A DNA stretch of 64,000 nucleotides from a virus (taxonomy: Duplodnaviria; Caudoviricetes). Shown here one piece after another: positions 1-8,124 of this stretch; position 1 is the first letter of the stretch, and every line of letters begins with the position of its first letter. Made by a program: the position numbers and the translations under genes. The stretch is from the IMG/VR virus record IMGVR_UViG_2775506840_000002, positions 27,928 to 91,927 of that record; one strand, 5' to 3'. The notes beneath the pieces are model-generated. The model had not been told where the DNA came from, searched no databases, and worked only from the letters and a program-made list of their open reading frames with translations.

Positions 1-101
1 TCATATGCACCCATATAATTTATCATTCAACAATTTAAAATTAAATTCTAGTATAAAATCTTAGCCATACGCCCTATGTCTAGATATATGAGTTACTGTA
101 A

Positions 102-284
102 TCACTTTTTAAATGCTCCCCCTATTAATCCAATTAATGCAAAACCTATGTAATAAAAACTTGTTGTTAGTTGTACTTCTGTAAAAGTCTGACATACTTC
201 AAGTACCATATGATCTACACCAAATAAGCTTAAAAGCCAAGCTACTATTAAACCGCCTATAAATCCTTCTAACATAACTCTCAC
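102..284 (-). CDS. Small membrane protein
   Basis: 60 aa, two hydrophobic segments, GAGGTG RBS. Confidence 0.6.
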   Translation of the reverse strand: MRVMLEGFIGGLIVAWLLSLFGVDHMVLEVCQTFTEVQLTTSFYYIGFALIGLIGGAFKK

Positions 285-355
285 CTCTATTAATCATACT
301 TGTTCACAATATATGCTGACTCACGCTATTTACATACAAAATAAGATATCAATTT

Positions 356-559
356 CTATTGTTTTAGCATGACAACAACAGTTAATACAACAAGTGATGC
401 ATTGAACCATCTCCACTTCTTATCTCCATTAAATAAGTAATACATCCCAATAAATAATGTTCCCACTTGAATTAATGATCTTATAATTATTTCAATCATG
501 GTTACTAACATACTCACCTCTTCAAAACTAATTTTATTAAATAGCTTCTTACATTCCAT
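356..559 (-). CDS. Small membrane protein
   Basis: Hydrophobic 67 aa ORF; start uncertain. Confidence 0.5.
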   Translation of the reverse strand: MECKKLFNKISFEEVSMLVTMIEIIIRSLIQVGTLFIGMYYLFNGDKKWRWFNASLVVLTVVVMLKQ

Positions 560-756
560 AACATTGCTCTTGCATATTAGCAGCTACTATAGCTTTTGCT
601 AGTGTCAAAACTCTCTCTCCTTCTTTTCTTTAAAATTTAGTACTAGTAGTAATTTTATTAAACTCAAGTTCATATATTTTATTAAAGACGTGTACGGGTT
701 CCTTTTGAGGGGGATTTAGCATTGTATCTCACAGCGCTTAGAAAGGATGTGGTATA

Positions 757-816
757 ATGCTAGAAACAATATTAGCCATTCTAGTTGTTACTCTTGTAAT
801 AAAGCTATTAGGTTAA
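757..816 (+). CDS. 19-aa hydrophobic peptide (type I toxin-like) MLETILAILVVTLVIKLLG
   Basis: AAAGGA RBS, start codon inside a hairpin, flanking 11-bp inverted repeats at 684-694/833-843. Confidence 0.55.
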   Translation: MLETILAILVVTLVIKLLG

Positions 817-879
817 AATATTGCCTGGGGGATACACGTCTTTCTCTATGTTAAAAACATTTTTTATTGAATACTTCTA

Positions 880-908
880 TTGAATACTAAAAAGTTATAC
901 TTTATAAT
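880..908 (+). promoter_or_regulatory. sigmaA-type promoter
   Basis: TTGAAT-17-TATAAT. Confidence 0.65.
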
Positions 909-913
909 AATTA

Positions 914-1035
914 TCAGATAGGTTTTACACTCCTAAATGTCTACCTATCTTAATTAAGTACCCCTGGCGATTATAAAATTAAGATCCACCTCCCGTGGCA
1001 TGTTATTATATCTATCTGCCAAGGGGTATTTTTTT
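914..1035 (+). ncRNA. Candidate small RNA with C-rich loops
   Basis: Follows promoter; stems AGATAGG/CCTATCT and TACCCCTGGC/GCCAAGGGGTA + T-run; no ORF. Confidence 0.5.
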
Positions 1036-1129
1036 GCTCAAAAACTAATTTTATTGTCATACATACTATATTCTTTTATAATAGAACCTAAATATATAAA
1101 AAATAAAAAGGGTGGTTGCTCTGCTAAAA

Positions 1130-1387
1130 ATGAATCTATTTAAACATTTTTTAACATGCTTATTTACTAAACCAAAAGATAAAAGACTTAGCAAAATTTT
1201 CTTCTATTACTTTTATATCCTAAACCTTATATGGGGAGTAATTGGATACATTTATAATTTATTTGTAGGAGTTGGATTTTTAGTAGCTACTAGTAACCTA
1301 TTGCTATATGCCATCCTCCTACATCTTTTTAGACTTGATGTAATAATCAAGTTCTTTAAAGATATAAAGAAAAGTAATAAACCATGA
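1130..1387 (+). CDS. Membrane protein (moron)
   Basis: Hydrophobic ORF antisense to early operon; start 1112 or 1130. Confidence 0.55.
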   Translation: MNLFKHFLTCLFTKPKDKRLSKIFFYYFYILNLIWGVIGYIYNLFVGVGFLVATSNLLLYAILLHLFRLDVIIKFFKDIKKSNKP

Positions 1388-1497
1388 AAAAACTATTTTA
1401 TCTGCTTAAAATTCTTTTATGCTCAAAACTTATATGCAATTGTTGCCTTACACAAGATTTGTTATAATAATTTATACAAATATCGGAAGGGGATTTT

Positions 1498-2385
1498 ATG
1501 AGTCTTACATTAACGGGTTATTCTAAAAGTCATAGATTATGTGAAAGTTATTTTTTTGTTAATGGACATAAATTAGAACATTTTAGAATAGTAAACAAAG
1601 GTTATATCAGTTATTCAGATTTGAATGATTGTGTATTTAACTATAGATTGCGACAATATTCTTTTGAGGAACTAATAGCCAATGATGCTTTTGAACTAGA
1701 AATAGCTGATTGTTATACTAGTATTATGTCCAGTGAAATGTTTTGTATGGAATTAAAAGATAGATTTATTTTTAGGTTATTAGAAACCTTAGAAAATAGT
1801 ATTAACAAAGCAAGGCTTGAAACAATTAATGCTTCAAGTAAATTTAGCATGGATTTTCTAAATAGTGATATATCGTGTCATATGTATGGGTGGTACTATC
1901 GTCAACGCTGTTATCAAGCCATTAATGCTATAAATACATATAACTCTATATTTGACATCCTAATGCAATTAATTTGGATATATGAGTATTCGTCCCCTCA
2001 TTCAAGTTCCTTTACATCTATTTTAAAAGAATATAATCGAAATAAATTTATTGCGAAGTATGAACATAAAACTGACGTTTATAACTTATTCTTCACTAAA
2101 AGATATAAGAGAAGTAAAAAATTCCATGATACGAACTCTGAATATGCAACTATAAGAAACTGGTGTAATACTATTAAACATAGTGGCAATTTAGAATTTG
2201 AGGGAAATAGATTTATGGATAAACCAACATCTAAAGTTATTCTAAATAATGGTGATATACATTCTAGTACAGATGCAGAGTATACTTATTTAGATTTAGA
2301 TCTAGAAGTTATCCCAGAACTTCTAAGCTATCATAAAGCAATTTATGATTTATCTGAAAAAGTTATAGCATATATTTCTAAATAG
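1498..2385 (+). CDS. HEPN-like (Cthe_2314-like) protein, candidate Abi RNase
   Basis: C-terminal RNWCNTIKH motif; own TG-n-TATAAT promoter ~1443-1468 and downstream hairpin 2395-2437. Confidence 0.55.
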   Translation: MSLTLTGYSKSHRLCESYFFVNGHKLEHFRIVNKGYISYSDLNDCVFNYRLRQYSFEELIANDAFELEIADCYTSIMSSEMFCMELKDRFIFRLLETLENSINKARLETINASSKFSMDFLNSDISCHMYGWYYRQRCYQAINAINTYNSIFDILMQLIWIYEYSSPHSSSFTSILKEYNRNKFIAKYEHKTDVYNLFFTKRYKRSKKFHDTNSEYATIRNWCNTIKHSGNLEFEGNRFMDKPTSKVILNNGDIHSSTDAEYTYLDLDLEVIPELLSYHKAIYDLSEKVIAYISK

Positions 2386-2489
2386 CTTCATTCACATAGT
2401 GAGTACTTTATATCTCCAGTATTGAATGCTCACTATGATTCCCTCATTTCCAAAGAACTCACTAGTACCTTCCTTATAAATCTTAAATT

Positions 2490-2888
2490 TTAGACTTTCA
2501 GCAACTCTTTGTGTTCATGAATATTTCCAACCACCTTACCCTTAACACTCCAATAATCTAAATCAGTTCTAAAATATGTGCTTTCTATCCATTTAATAGT
2601 GAATGTTGCATTTTCAAATAAAACATAACATATTGATTCTTCTCCATGCCTACTTGTAAACAATAGTATGTCACCTTCATAGATTTCTTTACCATTCTTA
2701 TCTTTTAAGCCTGTATACTGCATAAGTTCAACATCATCACTAATAATCAACGTAAGTAACTCAAATGTTTCATTCTCAGCATCACTAAACGCAGTCTTTT
2801 TAACCTATTCGCCAAATTTCACTATCCCTTCATGTGGCAATATTTTTTTCTGATTCTTTTCCCACGCTCTAAACTTAATCTCTCTCAT
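2490..2888 (-). pseudogene. YopX-family protein with in-frame TAG at 2805-2807
   Basis: MREIKFRAW N-terminus in frame with MQYTGLKDKNGKEIYEGDI...VVGNIHE. Confidence 0.8.
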
Positions 2889-2944
2889 CTTCATCCTCCT
2901 ACCTTTTTGTTGGCCTTAACAATATGGTAAGGACACGAACGTCC

Positions 2945-3121
2945 CTACCAATCCCTTGTAGATCTCATTTCAAACTCTTCATACATTTCACATTCACACT
3001 TTTCACAATAGCAATCATAGTAATATTCTTCTTCTACTGTTAGCCTTTTACCGCATCTGTCACACCTGCAAACCTCTCTGCCTATAACCTTGTCAATCAA
3101 TTTCAATATCTTGTATTTCAT
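2945..3121 (-). CDS. Small Cys-rich (zinc finger-like) phage protein
   Basis: CxCxxC...CxCxxC; start approximate. Confidence 0.5.
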   Translation of the reverse strand: MKYKILKLIDKVIGREVCRCDRCGKRLTVEEEYYYDCYCEKCECEMYEEFEMRSTRDW

Positions 3122-3338
3122 CTTCATACAAATCATCCCACCCTTGCATTTGTGCATATGCTCTAATAAGTGATTCAAGGTAGAATGTAACCTCTTTTCC
3201 ACTCATATTGCACATGGACATACTTACATGTATCTCCTCTTCATCTTGTTCTGTAGAAACTACCATACCTTTATCAAGTACCTTTTCTGTGCCATCTTTG
3301 TACTTAATAATTACTTGCTCTATATCACTTGATCCCAT
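3093..3338 (-). CDS. Hypothetical phage protein
   Basis: ORF with AAAGGA RBS. Confidence 0.6.
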   Translation of the reverse strand: MGSSDIEQVIIKYKDGTEKVLDKGMVVSTEQDEEEIHVSMSMCNMSGKEVTFYLESLIRAYAQMQGWDDLYEDEIQDIEID

Positions 3339-3457
3339 TTAGTTCTCATCCTTTCAAAAATTATTTTTATCATACTATTTGAATTATTTATTATATTACC
3401 ATATACTTTATCTATCAGCTTTTTAGAGTTGAATTTTAAAAGAAAGGTGGGATAACT

Positions 3458-3766
3458 ATGTCTTCTGATTTAGAAACTTTAGCAAATCAAAATCCTAATG
3501 ATCCTAAATTATTTAATTTGCTAAGTGAAAATGAAAAAGAAATATTACTTAAATGGATTGATGATAATTTCTCTCCTATCCAGTCATTTTTAACTTCAAA
3601 AACTTCATACGGTTTAAAGCAAACTTTTGATAGAACTCATTTTTATGTTTGTAATGGAGTATTTAAAGGCGCAATGCTTGAAGCTGGATATAAAGTAAAA
3701 AATACCGATGATATCAATTGGATATTTAACATTTCTAAAAAATCTCCATACTTTTCGCTTAAATAA
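3458..3766 (+). CDS. Conserved hypothetical phage protein (TSYGLK...NG.FKGAM motif), moron
   Basis: Own promoter and AGAAAGGTGG RBS. Confidence 0.65.
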   Translation: MSSDLETLANQNPNDPKLFNLLSENEKEILLKWIDDNFSPIQSFLTSKTSYGLKQTFDRTHFYVCNGVFKGAMLEAGYKVKNTDDINWIFNISKKSPYFSLK

Positions 3767-3905
3767 TTAAATCCCATTTAATTTAGGCATCATGCTTTAT
3801 ACCCTTTTATCAAGTTAAATGAAACGTATTTTGTAATCATTTAGAACATGATGCCATTTCTTTATTAAGCTGTAGACTAGTAATAAGTTAAATAAAAATT
3901 TACTT

Positions 3906-4073
3906 CTAACTATTGTAATATACAACTCTTTTTCTAGAATCTTCTTTTACCTTTTTGCGATATCTTCTTGCACTACCCTTAACACCTTTTAATTGCCACT
4001 CTGTCAACTCTTTGCCATTGAGTGCCTTATCTACTAGCACTAAAAAGTTTTCTGTTACTGGATACTTTTTCAT
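3906..4073 (-). CDS. Hypothetical 55-aa basic protein
   Basis: Manually translated MKKYPVTENF..., GAGGT RBS. Confidence 0.55.
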   Translation of the reverse strand: MKKYPVTENFLVLVDKALNGKELTEWQLKGVKGSARRYRKKVKEDSRKRVVYYNS

Positions 4074-4084
4074 AATCTGTTACC

Positions 4085-4456
4085 TCACCTCAAGTTATTC
4101 ATTTTTTCCTCTCTCCACTCCGTATACTCTGTTTTCTCTTTCAAATTAAGATTGGCCTTCTCTTCCATTCTCTTTGTGGTTTCTTCCAGTTCTTGAAGTG
4201 TTATAACTCTACTGTTTATACATTCTAAATGTTCTTCCATTCTGTCCTGGTACCTCTGCAATCTTTTGGATCCAAAACCAAACTCATCATGCAAAGTAAT
4301 CATTGAAGCTGCTACTATGGTACGTATTGCTATATTTCCAAAAGCTTCTCTATCACGTTGTACCTTTTCTTGTGCTATTTTATCAGCAACTTCTACTGTC
4401 ATTTTAGCCATGCTTCTGGCATTACCTTTTTGTTGATATGGTTTAAACCTTTTCAT
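4085..4456 (-). CDS. Conserved phage protein (LHDEFGFGSKRL motif)
   Basis: Motif common in Firmicutes phage early genes. Confidence 0.7.
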   Translation of the reverse strand: MKRFKPYQQKGNARSMAKMTVEVADKIAQEKVQRDREAFGNIAIRTIVAASMITLHDEFGFGSKRLQRYQDRMEEHLECINSRVITLQELEETTKRMEEKANLNLKEKTEYTEWREEKMNNLR

Positions 4457-4638
4457 GTGTATTCCCCTTTCTGTATTCCTTTCTTAATAACTCATTCATT
4501 CTTCAGTTACTTTCTAAAAACAATCTCTTATAGCACTGAAATTCCAGCGTTATTTGGTTAGATCTCTCCTTTAACATCAAAAATTACATTTTTTCTTATA
4601 TTTTTTTTGAACAATATATTATAGGGTACTCACCCTAC

Positions 4639-4664
4639 TAGGCCTATTTAGGTCTATTTTTTTT
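4639..4664 (+). terminator. Intrinsic terminator
   Basis: TAGGCCT-attt-AGGTCTA + T run. Confidence 0.6.
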
Positions 4665-4705
4665 GCCTTTTTCTAAAAAGGAAAATATTTTCCTACTCTT
4701 TTTCT

Positions 4706-4743
4706 ATCTTCTTTGTGCCACCGCACAGAGGAGATTTTTTTTT
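4706..4743 (+). terminator. Intrinsic terminator upstream of toxin gene
   Basis: 13-bp stem ATCTTCTTTGTGC/GCACAGAGGAGAT + T run. Confidence 0.7.
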
Positions 4744-4805
4744 GGAATCGCACGTGTAAATGCACCTTTTCCTCAAGTAATGACATTCACAAAGGAGGTC
4801 GTACA

Positions 4806-5069
4806 ATGAATAAACAACGACAAGAAAAAATCAAATATCCAAACAAAGAAATAAAGCAAATAGCGGAAAAACTAGGATTTGTGTTAACCAAATATCGTAC
4901 GTTCAACAATCAACTAATCTTTACCGATGGTAAGAACTTCATCTCACACGATGTTGACCAACATAATGGTGGGTTTTGGAAAATGGCTAAATCTATTAAA
5001 AAGCTAAATTTAAAGAATAGTAGATGTGGAACATTCTCTTGTGATTTGAAAACACGTATAGGTGGTTAG
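4806..5069 (+). CDS. Stand-alone Ntox21 (CdiA-CT ECL-like) ribonuclease toxin
   Basis: HDVDQHNGGFWKMA...RCGTF..DL..RIG motif; AAAGGAGG RBS before ATG 4806. Confidence 0.75.
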   Translation: MNKQRQEKIKYPNKEIKQIAEKLGFVLTKYRTFNNQLIFTDGKNFISHDVDQHNGGFWKMAKSIKKLNLKNSRCGTFSCDLKTRIGG

Positions 5070-5112
5070 ATTATTTATAGGGGAGCAAATCCCCTTTATA
5101 GCAACTAATCTA

Positions 5113-5490
5113 CTACTCTAAAACGTACTTGAATCTTAGCCCTTTACTTTTTATGTATCCATCACGGTTTCTTATTGCATTTCTTATTGTTTTACTGCTT
5201 ATAAAGTTATCTTCTGCTGCAGTTTCTGCATCATCGTACTTATCAATAACCTCTCCTGTTTCGTAATCAATTTGAGCAACCCTATAATTACATAATGGTC
5301 TATTAGGACCATCTGCATATGCAAATCTAAGATGTTTATTATTTAGCTTACCGCTATTCTTTACAATGGCGTTTGTAACATCTACTCTAAATAATCCAAA
5401 CTTCTCAAGAGCCTCTTTCATACTTCCATATGTTTCAACAACTTCTCCAGTTTCAAAATCTAGTTGATTAAGCCTTCTTACCATTGGCAT
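5113..5490 (-). CDS. Tandem NUMOD1-like DNA-binding protein
   Basis: Two QxDxETGEVxxxY repeats; paralog of 55566..55940. Confidence 0.6.
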   Translation of the reverse strand: MPMVRRLNQLDFETGEVVETYGSMKEALEKFGLFRVDVTNAIVKNSGKLNNKHLRFAYADGPNRPLCNYRVAQIDYETGEVIDKYDDAETAAEDNFISSKTIRNAIRNRDGYIKSKGLRFKYVLE

Positions 5491-5543
5491 TTATAAAACC
5501 TCCTTAGTAGCTTTAAAGAAGGTTTTTCAACCTCCTCTTTTGC

Positions 5544-6077
5544 CTACGCTTCTAGTTCATCTTTATTATTTTGAATTACTTCATCCATGTTCACTTGTGC
5601 TCTACTTTCTGGTTTCTCTTTATCTTCACTTTGATTAACCACTTCTAATTCTTCTATGCTAATTTGAGCTTGTTGAAGAGGTTTAGCAATAAGCTTACCA
5701 CCTTCTTCCACCAATTCATGTGTTGTATATGTAACATCACCATCTGTTGTATCTTTTTGTACAAGCTTAGCTGTAACTCTATGCTTAATACGTGGTGCTT
5801 TATAAACAGCTATCTTTGCATTACTTCCATTTCCACTTTCAATAGTCTTGGTAGCTTCTTTTTCCTCACATGATATTTTGATTGTAATTGCAATAGTTGC
5901 TTCCTCAAATTCTTCATCATAAACATTTGCTGTAGAGTTTTTAACTGCTCTATCAATATCTTTTGCAATCCCTGCAAACATAGGTGAGTAAAAGCTTAAT
6001 TCAAGTTCCTGCTTAGCAAGTTTAGCTGCTTCAATTTCTTTTTGTTCATACTCTGTAAGTTGTCTTTCGTTTTTCAT
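5544..6077 (-). CDS. Hypothetical phage protein
   Basis: 177 aa ORF with GGAGG RBS. Confidence 0.7.
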   Translation of the reverse strand: MKNERQLTEYEQKEIEAAKLAKQELELSFYSPMFAGIAKDIDRAVKNSTANVYDEEFEEATIAITIKISCEEKEATKTIESGNGSNAKIAVYKAPRIKHRVTAKLVQKDTTDGDVTYTTHELVEEGGKLIAKPLQQAQISIEELEVVNQSEDKEKPESRAQVNMDEVIQNNKDELEA

Positions 6078-6102
6078 TTTTAACCCTCCAGGTATATTAG
6101 TA

Positions 6103-6600
6103 TTAAATTGCTAATTTAAATAATTCGCTTAGATCATAGGTACTACGTACTTTTTTAATTCTTGATGGTATGATAACTGCCTTCCCACTTTTTACAATAT
6201 CTAATTCACTTATGCTTTTCTTACCAAACATTCCGTAATTAGTAATCTCATCAAAGGCTTGAATTGACAAGAAATATGTATTATTAGATTTTCTAAAGTT
6301 AATGATAAATCCTGCTACACAATGAAGTGCTGCCTTCCTTAAGTTCTTAAGTTGATGAGGTTTTATTGTTGGTGTTTTACCTTCAAAGCTTAGTGCTGTT
6401 GTACCTATGCTTTTAAGTTCTAAAGCATACATCATAGGTTTTTTATACAATACATAATCATAAGGTGATTTAGGAGCAAACCTCTGTGTACTTGCTGCTA
6501 CATCAAAACCTATCGCACTATCTGTTAGCCTTAAGCAATATACGTCTTTTGGTATTGAATCCTTAAAGTCTGCTTCAAACTGTTTACCTACATTAGCCAA
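6103..6600 (-). CDS. RecU-like Holliday junction resolvase
   Basis: GKQFE, SPYDY, LELKS, IKPHQ motifs. Confidence 0.75.
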   Translation of the reverse strand: MANVGKQFEADFKDSIPKDVYCLRLTDSAIGFDVAASTQRFAPKSPYDYVLYKKPMMYALELKSIGTTALSFEGKTPTIKPHQLKNLRKAALHCVAGFIINFRKSNNTYFLSIQAFDEITNYGMFGKKSISELDIVKSGKAVIIPSRIKKVRSTYDLSELFKLAI

Positions 6601-7096
6601 TATTAAGCACCCTCTTCCACCATGACTTGTTGATGCATTGATGATATAAATTTTTGTAGTGGTCCATTTGCTTTTTCCAGTATATTGCTACGTCCTCTGC
6701 CTGATTTTTATCCATAAGTAAATCATTAGCACGATCTCTTTCAACTTCATACATATGATAAATTCTTTCAGTTTCTTTTATCTGTGCTCCATATGACGCA
6801 TTAGCTGTTGTTGCATCTTTTTTATGGAATTCAACTAACTCTTCTAGATCTCTAATCTTATCAGCTGAATTCATACACATAGCCTTTATACTTTGGTCCT
6901 TTTGTGTAATTAATTCTTCTTTTGCCATTATAATATCTGATAGATTAGCCACTGTTTTATTGAGCTCTATATTTTCTTTTTCGAGATTATCAATTTGTAT
7001 AAACAATTGGTGTAATGTTACTTGTTGATTTTTAACACGTTCTTTGGTGGTTAAAGCTTTACAATTTGAAGTTTTCTTCTTCATTCTCTTGTTCAT
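6593..7096 (-). CDS. Coiled-coil phage protein
   Basis: Heptad pattern, C-terminal SWWKR. Confidence 0.65.
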   Translation of the reverse strand: MNKRMKKKTSNCKALTTKERVKNQQVTLHQLFIQIDNLEKENIELNKTVANLSDIIMAKEELITQKDQSIKAMCMNSADKIRDLEELVEFHKKDATTANASYGAQIKETERIYHMYEVERDRANDLLMDKNQAEDVAIYWKKQMDHYKNLYHQCINKSWWKRVLNIG

Positions 7097-7259
7097 CTAT
7101 TTTCATCCTTTCGTATCCATATATTTCTCTGTACGCTTTTTCTTCAAGGATTAACTTAATGGTCAGTTGACTCATGGTTATATCCTGTTCCCTCGCAAGT
7201 TTCCTTAATATCTCGTATGCCTCTTCATTAACACGTATACTCCAGCACTCTACTTGCAT
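7059..7259 (-). CDS. Small ribbon-helix-helix-like protein
   Basis: SIRVNEEAYEILRKLA...TMSQL pattern. Confidence 0.5.
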   Translation of the reverse strand: MQVECWSIRVNEEAYEILRKLAREQDITMSQLTIKLILEEKAYREIYGYERMKIDEQENEEENFKL

Positions 7260-7263
7260 AGAA

Positions 7264-8124
7264 TCACCCCATTAATTCTTTGAGCATTTCCTCATTTTTG
7301 CTTTTAGCCTTAGTTCTTCTTACACTTTCCTCTGGCATCACTACTTGCATCACCATATCTTCTAATCTATTTATAAGTCTATAATCGAATCCTAGCTTAT
7401 TCATTGGTATGTTAGATGTTATAAGAGTCACTCTCTTATTCGTAAGCCTTCTATTGATAATTCTGTAGAAAATATTGTTTATCCAATCCTTATTTCCCTC
7501 AACACCAATATCATCAAGTATCAATACAGGTATGGTTACAAACTCTTCAACAAGTGCTTCTTCACTGCTACCGCTTTTGTCATTCCATGAATCTCTTATC
7601 TTACCCAGTAGATCAACAGTAGTAATAAATCTAACATGCTGCTTTTTGTACTTAACAAGTGAATTTCCAATACTTACTGCAAGTCTTGTCTTTCCACTTC
7701 CAGCTTCTTTTGAGTAAAAGTAAAGTCCTCTACCAAGTTCCTGCATTTTTTCAAATTTATCTACATACTTCTTGGCTACACTTACGGCTCTACTCGCCTT
7801 TACTTTAGACTCTTCTAGCTTATAAATATCAATATCGAAGTCCTCTATTGCTAAGTTTTGAAACTCTTTTGGTATCTGTGCAAAATCAAGCTTGTTATAG
7901 ATAACTTGCTCTTCATAGCACTTACACTTTTTAGCAAATAACCCCTCCGGTTTATTAACTAAGTAATGTCCTGAACCATCACATATACCATAAGGGCATC
8001 CACATGTTCTTTCTGGCTCAGTCTGTGCTTCTTCATTGAATTCCGTGCTGCTCAGCATATTTTGCGAATTCATCTTCAACTGGTTCGCTATCCTCTGTAT
8101 TTGGTCCTGTGTTATTTGCCCCAT
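7264..8124 (-). CDS. DnaC/IstB-like helicase loader
   Basis: Zn-binding Cys, Walker A GSGKT, LILDDIG, ITSN. Confidence 0.85.
   Translation of the reverse strand: MGQITQDQIQRIANQLKMNSQNMLSSTEFNEEAQTEPERTCGCPYGICDGSGHYLVNKPEGLFAKKCKCYEEQVIYNKLDFAQIPKEFQNLAIEDFDIDIYKLEESKVKASRAVSVAKKYVDKFEKMQELGRGLYFYSKEAGSGKTRLAVSIGNSLVKYKKQHVRFITTVDLLGKIRDSWNDKSGSSEEALVEEFVTIPVLILDDIGVEGNKDWINNIFYRIINRRLTNKRVTLITSNIPMNKLGFDYRLINRLEDMVMQVVMPEESVRRTKAKSKNEEMLKELMG

Noticed and set aside
2805-2807. Amber stop-codon reassignment in the phages
   Set aside because: Many intact genes (capsid, ssb, tail chaperone) end in TAG at expected positions and I saw no suppressor tRNA
4514-4595. Junction motifs bounding the Ntox21 locus
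   Set aside because: Matches at 4514 and 4577 are too degenerate to count, so the toxin is not claimed as a motif-bounded cassette
4713-4805. N-terminal extension of the toxin ORF, and a sigmaH promoter (AGGA...GAAT)
   Set aside because: The extension runs through a terminator and the strong RBS is at 4806; the AGGA-GAAT spacing of 12 bp is too short
7264-8124. IS21 IstB / insertion sequence
   Set aside because: No IstA transposase or terminal repeats; follows a replication initiator as a helicase loader
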